A DNA stretch of 64,000 nucleotides from Albidovulum sp. GTDB lineage: Bacteria; Pseudomonadota; Alphaproteobacteria; Rhodobacterales; Rhodobacteraceae. Where the stretch lies: positions 3,754-67,753 of the forward strand of contig JBAOHB010000014.1 of NCBI GenBank assembly GCA_037046705.1, in the 5' to 3' direction. The position numbers and the translations under genes were made by a program. This document shows positions 36,959-46,341 of the stretch, piece after piece. Within the stretch, counting starts at the first letter, position 1. The number at the start of each line of letters is the position of its first letter. Below the pieces are notes generated by a model. It saw only the letters and a list, made by a program, of their open reading frames with translations, made no database searches and had not been told where the DNA came from.

Positions 36959-38278
36959 TCAGGCCAGCAGGACGAGCCCGCGCTCGGCGCGGGTGATCGC
37001 GGTGTAGAGCCAGCGGCGCCGGTCGATCTCGCTGCGGCCCAGCCCGTCGTCCCAGACGATCACGTTCTCCCACTGCGACCCCTGCGCCTTGTGAGCGGTG
37101 ATCGCCCAGCCGAAGGTCGCCTCGGTCAACAGGCGCTTCTCCTTGTAGTCGCGGTCATGACGCTTGTCGTCGTAGGCGACGTGGTCCTCGAAATGCCCCT
37201 TGTAGATGCGCAGCCGGCCCGGACGCCCGTCCTCATAGGGCTCGCCGATGTGGCGCCCGTCCTCGTCGTGGACGACGGCGGAGAAGTAAAGGCTGCCCTC
37301 GTCGACGATGTCCTCGAGCGTCACGAACATGCCGTTGATCAGCCCCAGATCGTTCTGGTTCTTGAGACAGATGATCTTCTCGGCCGGCCCCGTGGGTAGC
37401 CAGGTCCCGCCGAGACCGGCGGCCGCGCGCATGGCGTTGTTGATCTGCAGCCGCGTGGCGTTCAGCCCGCAAATCAGCTGGCCGCCGCGCAGCGCCTGTT
37501 CCGGCGTGATGTCGCCCTTGCGGAGCTTCGCGACATGATCGTCGTAGACGCCGAAGCCGATGGGCCGCCCCTCCCGCGCCATGGTGGCGAGGCGGATGAT
37601 CGCGCTCTCGGCCGCCTGGCGGTGGATCTCGGTCAGCATCACGTCCGGCTCGTCGCGAGTGAAGGCGCCTTCGCCCCGGATCGGCGGCAACTGGCCCGGA
37701 TCTCCGAGGACGAGGATCGGCTTGCCGAAGCTCATCAGGTCGCGCGCCATTTCCTCGCCGACCATCGACACCTCGTCGAGCACGATCAGCCGGGCGTCGG
37801 CCGCGTCGCTCTGCGGGTTCAGGGCGAAGCGCGGGTGCTTCATCGCCGAGAGCCCCTGGCGCATCGCCTCGATCGCGGCATCGGCCGTGGTGCGCGCGAA
37901 CCCGGTGAGACGGAGGGCGTCGCGTTCGGCCAGCGCGATCTTTCGGGCGGCCTCCTCGATCTCCTCCTCGGTCGACTCGATCACCGAGTAGATCAGGCTG
38001 TGAATGGTGCGCGCGGGCGTGCCCTTGCGGGTCAGCACCAGCGCGGCCTTGCCGGTGAAGGTGGCGGTGACCACGCCGGGCACGCATCGGCCGTCCCGCG
38101 CGCTGCGGTGGGGCGAGAGGCCGAGCTCGTCGAGCGCGAACTTCAGGACGGTGCTCTTGCCCGACCCGGCATAGCCGAAGAGGCGGAATACCTGCTGCTG
38201 CTCGGTTCGGGTCTCGAACCACTCCTTGATCTCGCGGATCGCGGCGGCCTGGGTGGCGGATGGGGTGAACTCGGTCAT
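36959..38278 (-). CDS. RecD/Dda-like SF1 DNA helicase
   Basis: MTEFTPSATQAAAIREI, Walker A GYAGSGKST, LIVLDEVSMV, LVLGDPGQLPPI, and C-terminal AITAHKAQGSQWENVIV. Confidence 0.85.
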   Translation of the reverse strand: MTEFTPSATQAAAIREIKEWFETRTEQQQVFRLFGYAGSGKSTVLKFALDELGLSPHRSARDGRCVPGVVTATFTGKAALVLTRKGTPARTIHSLIYSVIESTEEEIEEAARKIALAERDALRLTGFARTTADAAIEAMRQGLSAMKHPRFALNPQSDAADARLIVLDEVSMVGEEMARDLMSFGKPILVLGDPGQLPPIRGEGAFTRDEPDVMLTEIHRQAAESAIIRLATMAREGRPIGFGVYDDHVAKLRKGDITPEQALRGGQLICGLNATRLQINNAMRAAAGLGGTWLPTGPAEKIICLKNQNDLGLINGMFVTLEDIVDEGSLYFSAVVHDEDGRHIGEPYEDGRPGRLRIYKGHFEDHVAYDDKRHDRDYKEKRLLTEATFGWAITAHKAQGSQWENVIVWDDGLGRSEIDRRRWLYTAITRAERGLVLLA

Positions 38279-39024
38279 GGCTGGGGCATCTCCACTGCGT
38301 AATCCTTGACGATCCCACCGCGGGTTGGATCGCCCACCTCGCACGGACGGACGAAGACCCGGCGCCCGTCGGCGAGCTGCCGCCAGTGACCGCGTCGGAT
38401 ATGCCAGCGCGGGCTGGCGTGACTGCCGCCCTGCGGCGGTGTCGCTGCCTGAAGGCGAGCGGGATCGATGGCGACCTGACGCCAGACCCAACCGCGTACG
38501 CCCTCACGGGACAGGCGGGACCGTTTCGCGAGCGACACCTTGCGGTCGCGGATGTCCGGGGTCGCGCCGAGAATGGTCAGTGCGCGCCACACGATGCCGG
38601 CGGCGACTTCGCCGTGACCGCGGACCGTCTCGTCGCTCCGCTCGGCCGGGTTGCCCTCGATCTCCGCCTTGCCGTCCGGATGCATCCAGATCCGCACCAG
38701 GCAATCCGTCCAGCCGCGCGGCGCCCGCTGGCGCATGAGGAACGTGGCCTCGACGATGTCGCCGTCGGCGCGGGCGCAGACGATCAGGCCCGAGGGAGAC
38801 GCGCGCTGCTCGCGCACCTCGAAGATCACGGACGAATGCGGCAGCCGGAGCGGACCGGTAAAGACCCGGGTCATCGCGCGGTCGACGATTTCGCCATCGA
38901 AGGCGGCCTGATCGTCGAAGAAATAGATCGGCGCGAACTCCGCCGCTCCGAGCAGGTCGGAGCACCAGAACCGCTCGCGATGCGCGCGCACGATCCGCTT
39001 GAGCTCATACGCATCGGGGATCAT
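38275..39024 (-). CDS. Hypothetical phage protein (249 aa)
   Basis: Coupled ORF with no motif recognised. Confidence 0.5.
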   Translation of the reverse strand: MIPDAYELKRIVRAHRERFWCSDLLGAAEFAPIYFFDDQAAFDGEIVDRAMTRVFTGPLRLPHSSVIFEVREQRASPSGLIVCARADGDIVEATFLMRQRAPRGWTDCLVRIWMHPDGKAEIEGNPAERSDETVRGHGEVAAGIVWRALTILGATPDIRDRKVSLAKRSRLSREGVRGWVWRQVAIDPARLQAATPPQGGSHASPRWHIRRGHWRQLADGRRVFVRPCEVGDPTRGGIVKDYAVEMPQP

Positions 39025-39818
39025 GGCCGCTCACTCCAGCATCTTTTCGCCCAGGCGCAGGGGGCGTGCCACTTGCCGGCCGCCATGCCGCCGCGGCAGA
39101 GGACTGCGGTGGGTTCGGCGGCGGCGCGCGGCAGCCATTCCGCGGCCTCGGAGGCCCGCACCACGGCGACGGCGCGATCCGACATCTCCTGCGCGAGATG
39201 CGCGTCGAAGGGCACGAGCTCCGCGTGCAGCTCCATCGTGTCGCGGTTCAGCGCGGTGAAGAGCGCCGGGGCGGGCAGATCCATGTAGGCCTGATAGAGC
39301 GCGATCTGGGCGGCATAGACCGGCCGCGCGAGGCTGACGCCTCGCTTGACGACGTCCTTCCAGCTGGCCGCCCCGAGCGCCTTGTTCTCCCAGAGCGCGG
39401 GATAGTCCATCGCGACCGGGCCCGAGACGAAACAGCCGTCGATATGGCCCTTGAAGCGCCTGCCGAGCGCTTCGAACCCGAACTGGCGGCCGTCGGGGCG
39501 CTCGGTGCGCAGGTCGAAGCCAGCGATCCGGAACCAGTTCGCGACGATGTCCTCGGCCCTATGGCCCGCCTCGAAGATGCGCAGCGTGCGCGGCGCGAAC
39601 TCCTGGCCCTCGTCCTTCGGCACCGCGAGGAAGTCGTACTGGATCTGGCGCAGGCAGTCGCGGCCGAGACCCGAGGAACTGACATAGGTGCGCGGACGCT
39701 CGGCGCGGTGGCGCGCGGTCAGCGCCGTGTCGATGGCGACGGACACGGCTTCCGCGATGGGCGGACGCGGCGCGTCGGCGCCGTAGAGGAAGCCCGAGCC
39801 ATGGTTCAGGTCGATCAT
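39021..39818 (-). CDS. PD-(D/E)xK (Cas4/RecB-like) exonuclease
   Basis: GHIDG .. LWENKAL (D..ExK), plus an N-terminal Cys (GRDCLRQ) and a C-terminal Cys cluster (LCRGGMAAGKWHAPCAWAKRCW). Confidence 0.65.
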   Translation of the reverse strand: MIDLNHGSGFLYGADAPRPPIAEAVSVAIDTALTARHRAERPRTYVSSSGLGRDCLRQIQYDFLAVPKDEGQEFAPRTLRIFEAGHRAEDIVANWFRIAGFDLRTERPDGRQFGFEALGRRFKGHIDGCFVSGPVAMDYPALWENKALGAASWKDVVKRGVSLARPVYAAQIALYQAYMDLPAPALFTALNRDTMELHAELVPFDAHLAQEMSDRAVAVVRASEAAEWLPRAAAEPTAVLCRGGMAAGKWHAPCAWAKRCWSERP

Positions 39819-40030
39819 CGCTCGCGCTCCCAGAACCCGCCGGCCTGCGCGATGCAGGTCAGCTTGTGGAACTGCGCGTCCGTCAGCCGGGCGCTCTCGC
39901 CGAAGCGCGCGAGCTTCTCGCGGAGGCTGTCGCAGAACTCGATCTCGAAGTCGGTGACGGCGTTCCCGGTGGCCGCCTCGAGCAGAGGCTTCCAGCTGCT
40001 GGACGCGGTGTCGTCGTTCAGGTCGATCAT
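39815..40030 (-). CDS. Hypothetical protein (71 aa)
   Basis: Coupled small ORF. Confidence 0.4.
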   Translation of the reverse strand: MIDLNDDTASSSWKPLLEAATGNAVTDFEIEFCDSLREKLARFGESARLTDAQFHKLTCIAQAGGFWERER

Positions 40031-40041
40031 CGCGCGCCCCC

Positions 40042-40269
40042 TCAGAACGGAATGGGGTCGTCGAGGCCCGTGCCGGTGCGCTCCTTGCGCGCGGCCTGGT
40101 CCTGCATGCTGTCGATGTAGCCGGTGACCGCCGCCTCGATCAGGCGGTCGATGTCCTCGGCGCTGCGGTGAAAGAAGGGCTCCATGAGCCCGAGTTCGGT
40201 GAGCGCTTCGGCGAAGAGCGTCCGCGCATCGCGGATCGCACGGGCCTCGCGCGCGGTCTTGTCGATCAT
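40042..40269 (-). CDS. Small protein ending in an SSB-like acidic tail (LDDPIPF); true start may lie upstream
   Basis: MIDKTAREARAIRDA...TGTGLDDPIPF. The same frame is open upstream through a Cys-rich stretch (CAVCAREARGFGYCH..FCSRRC) but has no canonical start there. Confidence 0.4.
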   Translation of the reverse strand: MIDKTAREARAIRDARTLFAEALTELGLMEPFFHRSAEDIDRLIEAAVTGYIDSMQDQAARKERTGTGLDDPIPF

Positions 40270-40409
40270 GCCGTTGTTCCTTTGGGCGATGGCGCTGCCC
40301 ACGTCCTGACAGCGGCGCGAGCAGAAGCGGTGGTAGGGATGGCGATCCCAGCGGAGGCCGTGGCAGTAGCCGAAGCCGCGCGCCTCGCGGGCGCAGACGG
40401 CGCAGAGCG

Positions 40410-40640
40410 CTACCCGAGCAAGAAGGTCGCGATCGGGTCCTCGGGCGGCCAGCCCGCCCTCTGGAGCTTTTCGGACTGGAGCACGATCCAGCGCGAGATC
40501 GCGTTGGTGGCCATGGCTTCGAGGTCGCCGAGGCTGAGGCTTGCGATGGGGGCGTGCAGTCTTCCTCGGGCCTCGAGCCATCGTCCGATCTCCAGCGCCG
40601 CCTCGCGCGTCACGTGCACCTGCCATTCATCCGGGGTCAT
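40410..40640 (-). CDS. Hypothetical protein (76 aa)
   Basis: MTPDEWQVHVTREAALEIGRWLEARGRLHAPIASLSLGDLEAMATNAISRW, the internal start of ORF 40410..41288. Confidence 0.4.
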   Translation of the reverse strand: MTPDEWQVHVTREAALEIGRWLEARGRLHAPIASLSLGDLEAMATNAISRWIVLQSEKLQRAGWPPEDPIATFLLG

Positions 40641-40719
40641 CGGCCCGGCAGGATCGCGCCGGGCCTCGGGCGGCGGCGAAGGCCGGGTTGACCTCCGCCG
40701 CCGTGCTGCCGACCGCGCC

Positions 40720-41493
40720 TCACCCATTGAGCCAGGCGGGCATGCCGGTCGCCGGCGCTCCGCCCGACGCGGACGGCGGGGACGCGGGCGACTGCTGGGC
40801 GGGCGACTGCTGCGTGGGCTGCGGCGCGGGCGCCTGTGCGCCCCAGGCCGGAGCCGCCGCCGGGGCTTGCGGTTGCGCATCCCATGCCGGCGTAGGCGCC
40901 TGCCAGCCCGGCGCCGGCGCGCTCGCGGCTTTCCGCGGCGGCGCGTTGACGGGCTCCGGGGGCACGGTTTCGCCGCGCATGATCGGGCCGTGCTGCGGCT
41001 CGTCGGGCAGAACGACGTTCGCGATCCGGTTCTGGTCGCGGTATTGCGGGTTGGAGGCGGGCTCCACCATGATCCGCGCGGCGAAGACGATGCCGTCGAG
41101 ATGCTTGAGCCCGGGCAGCACCCGCTTGGCCTTGGCGTCGGGGCTCTCGTCCCTGGGATCGAGCCCGAGAGCGCTGTCGACCATCGCCCGAAAGGTGGAC
41201 TTGGAGATCTTCCAGCCGATCGACTGGCCCTTCTCGTCGACCTTGCCGCCCGCCACAGTGAAGCTCTGCCAGAACTTCCGCCGGGCATGTGGCCCCTCGA
41301 GGATGGTGAACTCGCAGTCCAGCATCTTCGCGTCGCTCGACTGCGAGGCCTTCAGGAGCTTCGTGTCCATCGGGGTGGCGCCGTCCACGCCGCCGGGGCG
41401 CACGGTCAGGCGGACCTTGGCGAAGGTGCCGTCGGGGATCAGCTCGCCGATGGGGGCCATCTGCGGCTGGGCGTCGTTGAGATCGTAGCTCAT
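40720..41493 (-). CDS. DUF669-like putative ssDNA-binding protein with Pro/Ala/Gln-rich tail
   Basis: MSYDLNDAQPQMAPIGELIPDGTFAKVRLTV..CEFTILEGPHARRKFWQSF. It lies directly downstream of the Sak4-like gene, the usual pairing. Confidence 0.5.
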   Translation of the reverse strand: MSYDLNDAQPQMAPIGELIPDGTFAKVRLTVRPGGVDGATPMDTKLLKASQSSDAKMLDCEFTILEGPHARRKFWQSFTVAGGKVDEKGQSIGWKISKSTFRAMVDSALGLDPRDESPDAKAKRVLPGLKHLDGIVFAARIMVEPASNPQYRDQNRIANVVLPDEPQHGPIMRGETVPPEPVNAPPRKAASAPAPGWQAPTPAWDAQPQAPAAAPAWGAQAPAPQPTQQSPAQQSPASPPSASGGAPATGMPAWLNG

Positions 41494-41515
41494 GGATCTG
41501 TCCTTTGCGTCTGGA

Positions 41516-42373
41516 TCAGGAAGGGGTGGCGGTGTGGGCGGGTGCACGGCCGTCGATCTTGGCGATCAGCGCGCCGAGATCGGGCGCCTCGGTCACATCG
41601 AGGCGGCCGGAGCGGTCCTTAGCGGGAACGCCCCAGGGATTGCCGGAGCGGCAGACGAGGCGGCGGTCGGCGGAGGTCTCATCCAGGGTCCAGTCGCCCT
41701 TGGCGTCGCGGCCGAAGAGTTGCATCGAGACCACCTGATCGACGATGCCCGGCAACTCGCGCCCGGCCTTGGTGCCCTCCATCTGCGGCTGCCAGGTCGC
41801 CGTGCCGAACTCGTCGGTCACCTTCTCGAGCACGCCGACGAAGATCACCGTCTTGCCGCGGGCGTGCTGCAGGTGCTTCAGCGCCTGGATCACCTCGCGG
41901 CCCAGGAGCCCGTAGGCGCCGCGGACATCGGGCTTCCCGGTCCGCTCGGAGAAGGCCTCGGGCTGCTGGCGGGCATAGGCCATGGCCTGCCGCGTCAGGT
42001 CGGTGATCGAGTTCGACGAAGACGATCCGTTTCCGGGCGAGAAAGTCCTCGATGCCGGTGCCGAGATACTGCTGCTGCAGCCAGGCGTGATACTCGGCGC
42101 CGTACCAGGACTTCGGATGCTGGGCCGGATCGTGCCCGCCGATCAGTACGGCGAGGTCGCGGAAATCGGTGAAGCTGCGCACCGGGATCGAGTCCCGCGC
42201 CAGTCCTGCACCGATTTCATGCCGGCCTCGAGGTCGAGGCAGACCGTCTCATCGGCGGGCAGGGATTTCAGGAGCGTCGTCTTGCCGACGCCGGGCGGAC
42301 CGAAGATGGCGAGCGAGGTCTTGTTCTCGGCGGCCGAGAGCCGTTCGTCGGCGGTGATGATGCGGAAGGCCAT
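41516..42373 (-). CDS. Sak4-like AAA ATPase (ssDNA annealing/recombination), two frame breaks
   Basis: N-terminus is in ORF 42143..42373 (Walker A FGPPGVGKTT), the middle in 41679..42182, and the C-terminus in 41516..41983. Confidence 0.7.
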
Positions 42374-42477
42374 GGGGTTCTCCGAAGGTTGCGTTCAGGG
42401 TGCGCGGCGGCGGGGGTGACCGGGTGCCGAAGGGGAACCTGCCCGGCGTTGCCGCTCGGGCGTCCCGCCGCCGCGCG

Positions 42478-42999
42478 TCACCGGTCTCGAACCTCGAGCC
42501 GGAAGGCGGGTTTGCCGGTGGTCTCGCTGCGCGCGTCCGCGAAGCCCTCGCGCATCGCCACGGGCCAGGCGCCGTAGCGCCGCTCGGGGACGCGGTAGGC
42601 GATCTCGAGATACTCGGTCGGATCGTCGCCGGCGGCGCGGATGCGCTCGGCCATGGCGGCGAGCTGGTCCTGATCCCATGTGACCTTCTTCGGCAGGTCC
42701 GCGATAATCACGACACCCTCGTCCTCGACCCGCACGGTGCCGCTGGTCTTGCCTTGCGCAGCCCGTTCCGCCGCGGCGGCGGTCTCGTAGCGCCGCGCGA
42801 TCCCGGCCTCGAGCCGGTCCCGCAGCCGCTTCACGCGGGCAGTCTCGGCGAGCGCTGTCGTCTGCAGATCCAGCAGCATCTCGGGCGGCAGCGCCGCGAT
42901 GTCGCCTATGGCGAGACCTTCGAGATCGTCGAAGCGGGGGGCATTGTTGGGGTGCGGCATGGCGGGGTCTCCGTTGGAAGGGAATGGCAGGGCCATCAC
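42478..42999 (-). CDS. Hypothetical phage protein
   Basis: 173-aa ORF; alternative start MPHPNN at 42960. Confidence 0.45.
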   Translation of the reverse strand: MMALPFPSNGDPAMPHPNNAPRFDDLEGLAIGDIAALPPEMLLDLQTTALAETARVKRLRDRLEAGIARRYETAAAAERAAQGKTSGTVRVEDEGVVIIADLPKKVTWDQDQLAAMAERIRAAGDDPTEYLEIAYRVPERRYGAWPVAMREGFADARSETTGKPAFRLEVRDR

Positions 43000-43349
43000 G
43001 CGGCGCGCTCTTCGAGGAGCAGCGCCGAGAGCGAGGTGGCGGCGGCTTTGGGTCTCGGACGGGCGACGGCGATGTAAGCGAAGCGATCGGGGCCCACGCG
43101 CTCCTGCACGAGGTGGACGAGGCCCTTCTCGAAGGCGCCCAGCGCGGCCTGACCGAGGTCGGCGAGCTGGCGGCGCTCGGGCTCCGGCAGGGTCGAGATC
43201 ACCGGCGTGACATCGATCCCGAGAAAGCCGCGGTGATACTCGATCCGGGCGCCAGCCTCGGCCTGTGCGATCCAGGCGTAGAGCTCGACATCGGTGACCT
43301 TCGGCGTCGCCACGCGGGCGCCGATCGGGGTTGCGGCGACCATCAGCAT
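42996..43349 (-). CDS. Hypothetical phage protein
   Basis: 117-aa coupled ORF. Confidence 0.45.
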   Translation of the reverse strand: MLMVAATPIGARVATPKVTDVELYAWIAQAEAGARIEYHRGFLGIDVTPVISTLPEPERRQLADLGQAALGAFEKGLVHLVQERVGPDRFAYIAVARPRPKAAATSLSALLLEERAA

Positions 43350-43609
43350 ACCCGTGCGGCCCGCGCGGGGTCAGCGGTCAGCCGGCGGGGCGAATGACCG
43401 ACGCGCGCGACCGCCTCGGTGATCTTCAGGGCGCGCTGAAGCTGGCTCTGCTCGAAGGCTTCGATGTCGGCGAGCCGGTAAAGCACGCGCCCGCCGAGTT
43501 TGAGGAAAGTCGGCCCCTGGCCGTTGTAGCGCCAGCGTTCCAGCGTCCGGTGGGAGATTCCCCAGCGCCGGGCCAGCTCTTTCTGGTTCAGGCAATGCCT
43601 CTGCAGCAT
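43343..43609 (-). CDS. Helix-turn-helix (excisionase/AlpA/MerR-like) DNA-binding protein
   Basis: LNQKELARRWGISHRTLERWRYNGQGPTFLKLGGRVLYRLADIEAFE. Confidence 0.7.
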   Translation of the reverse strand: MLQRHCLNQKELARRWGISHRTLERWRYNGQGPTFLKLGGRVLYRLADIEAFEQSQLQRALKITEAVARVGHSPRRLTADPARAARVC

Positions 43610-43807
43610 CGGTGTCTCCTCTCGTTGTCGAGGAGACCATGCGAAATTCCGCTGTGGGATGTCGTCAGGATCAGCGGGGGATGTAGAGGGGGATCAGCTG
43701 ACCCTTGCAGGACTGGCGTTTGGCCGCCGGCGGGGTGCCGTCATCCCCCACCATCCCTCACTCGTCCCCCACCCGATCCCACGGGGAACCGGGCGGAGGG
43801 GGATCGG

Positions 43808-44491
43808 TCAGTCGAGATTCAGGCGGTAGCCGCCCCGCCGATCGGACCGGATCAACTGCCGCCAGTCCTTCTGCGACTTGAAGACGTCGGCCATGCGCAG
43901 GCTCTTGGAGCCGGCGCGCGACAGGATCGCCTTGCCGTTCTGCCAGGGCGCGCCGGCCTGCGCGGCCTCGTGCAGCGCGCGCACGACTTCCGCCTGGATC
44001 GGGCCCAGCTTGAACCGGCATCCATTGCAGCGGACCTCGAAGTAGTCGGCCGAGTGGATGAAGGGGGCCTCCTCCATCGGCTGTCCACCAGGCGAGAACC
44101 CGGTCTCGATCTCGAAACGGTCACGTTCGTCACGTCTTAGGAGGAGATCGCCGATCATGACGAGGACGGGCTGCGCATCGCCCCAGGTCTTCGCGTAGTC
44201 GGCCTTCGGCGTCCGAAAGCTGTCGAGATGGACCTCGCCGCATCGGAAAAGCTGGAACACGTCGCGGGCGTGGAGATCGAGCAGACCGCTGTAATGGCTC
44301 TGTTCCCGCGGCACGCGGTAGGGTTCGCCGTCGGCGCCTTCCTCGTAGTCGCCGAACTCGATCGGCACGCCGAACACGCGCACCGACAGGCGGAGCTTGT
44401 CGTTCTCAGCAAGGTAGATCAGGTCCGCCTCCGTGATCTGCCACCGCTCGAGGATCTCGGGGAGCGTGAAGTACGATTTGTCGATGTGCAT
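43808..44491 (-). CDS. First early-operon protein, N-terminal HTH-like (Cro/antirepressor position)
   Basis: MHIDKSYFTLPEILERWQITEADLIYLAENDKL. It is divergent from the CI gene. Confidence 0.45.
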   Translation of the reverse strand: MHIDKSYFTLPEILERWQITEADLIYLAENDKLRLSVRVFGVPIEFGDYEEGADGEPYRVPREQSHYSGLLDLHARDVFQLFRCGEVHLDSFRTPKADYAKTWGDAQPVLVMIGDLLLRRDERDRFEIETGFSPGGQPMEEAPFIHSADYFEVRCNGCRFKLGPIQAEVVRALHEAAQAGAPWQNGKAILSRAGSKSLRMADVFKSQKDWRQLIRSDRRGGYRLNLD

Positions 44492-44607
44492 TCACTGCCC
44501 TCCGCGCCGATTCCCGTGTAAGATGTTTACTTTATGTTCTTATTCGCTTGACGGGCTTCGATCAATCCGATTTTATCCTATTTTATCCACAGATGGGTGG
44601 GGATGAC
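44492..44607. promoter_or_regulatory. Divergent immunity-region promoter/operator interval
   Basis: AT-rich 116-bp gap between divergent genes. TTGAC at 44547-44551. Tandem ATTTTATCC-T-ATTTTATCC at 44570-44588. Confidence 0.5.
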
Positions 44608-45285
44608 ATGACCGAGCACCACACGCTTTCCGACCGCCTCAGAGCCCGGGCCAATCAGCTCGGCATCAGTCCCGCCCACGTCGCCGAGATGGCCGGCGTG
44701 AACCGCTCCTTCGTCTACGACATCCTCCGTGGTCGCTCCGCGCGCCCCGGCATCGACCGGCTGGCCGAGGTCGCCCGCGTGCTGAAGGTGGACCGTGACT
44801 GGCTGATCCACGGCATCGGAGAGGTCGAAGGCACGCCCCCCTTCGTGGACAATCCCGACGACGCCTTCGTGGCCATCGCGCACGCCACCCCACGCCCCGC
44901 GATGGGCGGCGGCGCGGTCGTGACCGAAGACGGCGACACGCCCGGGCGCGTCTATCACTTCCGCCGCTCCTGGATCCGCAACAGCCTGAAGGCCACCCCG
45001 TCGCAGCTGCGCATCATGCATGTGGAGGGCGACAGCATGGCGCCGACGCTGCTGAGCGGCGACGCGGTCCTGGTCGACATGACCCGCCGCGCGCCGAACC
45101 CGCCCGGCATCTTCGTACTGGACGACGGGATGGGTCTGGTGGCCAAGCGACTCGAGCACATCCCCAACAGCGACCCGCCCGCGGTGCGCGTCATCTCCGA
45201 CAACAAGCACTACCCCGAATACGAAAGAACGGCCGACGAGATCCACATCGTCGGCCGCATCCGCTGGTTCGCGCGGGAGATCTGA
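44608..45285 (+). CDS. CI/LexA-type repressor (XRE HTH plus S24 peptidase)
   Basis: LGISPAHVAEMAGVNRSFVYDILRG (HTH), GDSMAPTL (Ser) and LVAKRL (Lys). Confidence 0.85.
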   Translation: MTEHHTLSDRLRARANQLGISPAHVAEMAGVNRSFVYDILRGRSARPGIDRLAEVARVLKVDRDWLIHGIGEVEGTPPFVDNPDDAFVAIAHATPRPAMGGGAVVTEDGDTPGRVYHFRRSWIRNSLKATPSQLRIMHVEGDSMAPTLLSGDAVLVDMTRRAPNPPGIFVLDDGMGLVAKRLEHIPNSDPPAVRVISDNKHYPEYERTADEIHIVGRIRWFAREI

Positions 45286-45286
45286 G

Positions 45287-46018
45287 GTGATCGCGTTCCG
45301 GGAGATCAACGATACCGAGCCAGCGCTGGCGCATTCACCGCTGGTGCGCGGGGTCGAGAAGACGTTTGCCTGGATCGGTGAGCATGGCGGCATCCCCCTG
45401 ACGCCGTCCAAGGCGTTCAAGCGGGTCTTCGTGCACTGGGCCGCGGCAGAGTTCGACTGGCCCGGCCACACCGAGGCGGACCTCTTCGCCGTCAACAAGG
45501 TGCTGAACGAGCCTGACTTCGCCCCGCTTATGGTGCTGCACGACCTGATGATCGCGATGAAGCTCGGGCGGCACTACAAGGGTGAGTTCCGCCTGACCAA
45601 GACCGGCCAGGCGCTGACGGGCCATCCCGGCCGGATTTTCGGCACGGTCGTCCCGTTCTTCTTGTTCCGGATCAACCACGCCAGCATGTCGCGGTTCGAC
45701 GACGCGCCGATCCTGGGCAACTGGGACGTGTTCCTGAACGTGCTCAACGTCGAGACCGAGGACGGCGCCACGGGCACGCACCTCCGCCGCGTGTTCTTCG
45801 GCGAGCCCGAGACAGGACCTCTCCCACGGTACGACGAGGTGATGGGCCAGCTCTACATCCAGGTGTTGCGTCCGCTCTGCTGGGCGGGCCTGTTGCAGCA
45901 GGAGCGGGGAACGGCCAGCTATCGCTTCGAGGAGGCGGTGTTCATGAAGACGCCGCTCTGGAGATCGGCGCTGGTTCTAGACACCGATGCACAGGTCGCG
46001 CCGGCGACACGTCACTGA
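45287..46018 (+). CDS. Hypothetical protein co-transcribed with the repressor
   Basis: GTG start 1 nt after the CI stop. 243 aa, no motif recognised. Confidence 0.55.
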   Translation: MIAFREINDTEPALAHSPLVRGVEKTFAWIGEHGGIPLTPSKAFKRVFVHWAAAEFDWPGHTEADLFAVNKVLNEPDFAPLMVLHDLMIAMKLGRHYKGEFRLTKTGQALTGHPGRIFGTVVPFFLFRINHASMSRFDDAPILGNWDVFLNVLNVETEDGATGTHLRRVFFGEPETGPLPRYDEVMGQLYIQVLRPLCWAGLLQQERGTASYRFEEAVFMKTPLWRSALVLDTDAQVAPATRH

Positions 46019-46341
46019 TGCTCCGCCGGTTCCTATCCTCTGCGCAGGATTACGCGGGAATCCCATAAGTCTTTGAATCCGATTGTTTTCGGAGGGTGCG
46101 CGGGTAGCGTTTCCCTCATGCGAAACGTGCCGACAAATCCACAGCGGGGTTCAAACCCGCTGCCGCCCGACCAGATGACCCCCGCCGAGCGCCGCGCCGA
46201 GTTGTGCGGCCTGCTGGCGCTCGGGCTGGTCCGACTTCGACTGCGGGAAGAGGGCGAACCTTCTGACGATACTGGAGAAATTCGCCTACACTCTCCGGCC
46301 GACCGATGCCGTCATGCAACTCCAACTTACCGGAGACCCGC

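Noticed and set aside
46143-46173. tRNA-like T-arm (AGCGGG-GTTCAAA-CCCGCT) followed by TGCCGCCCGACCA, suggesting a tRNA 3' end or att remnant
   Set aside because: The loop is not canonical, the spacing to CCA is wrong, and I could not fold a D-arm, anticodon arm or matching 5' acceptor strand upstream. At best it is a decayed fragment, so it is not annotated as a tRNA.
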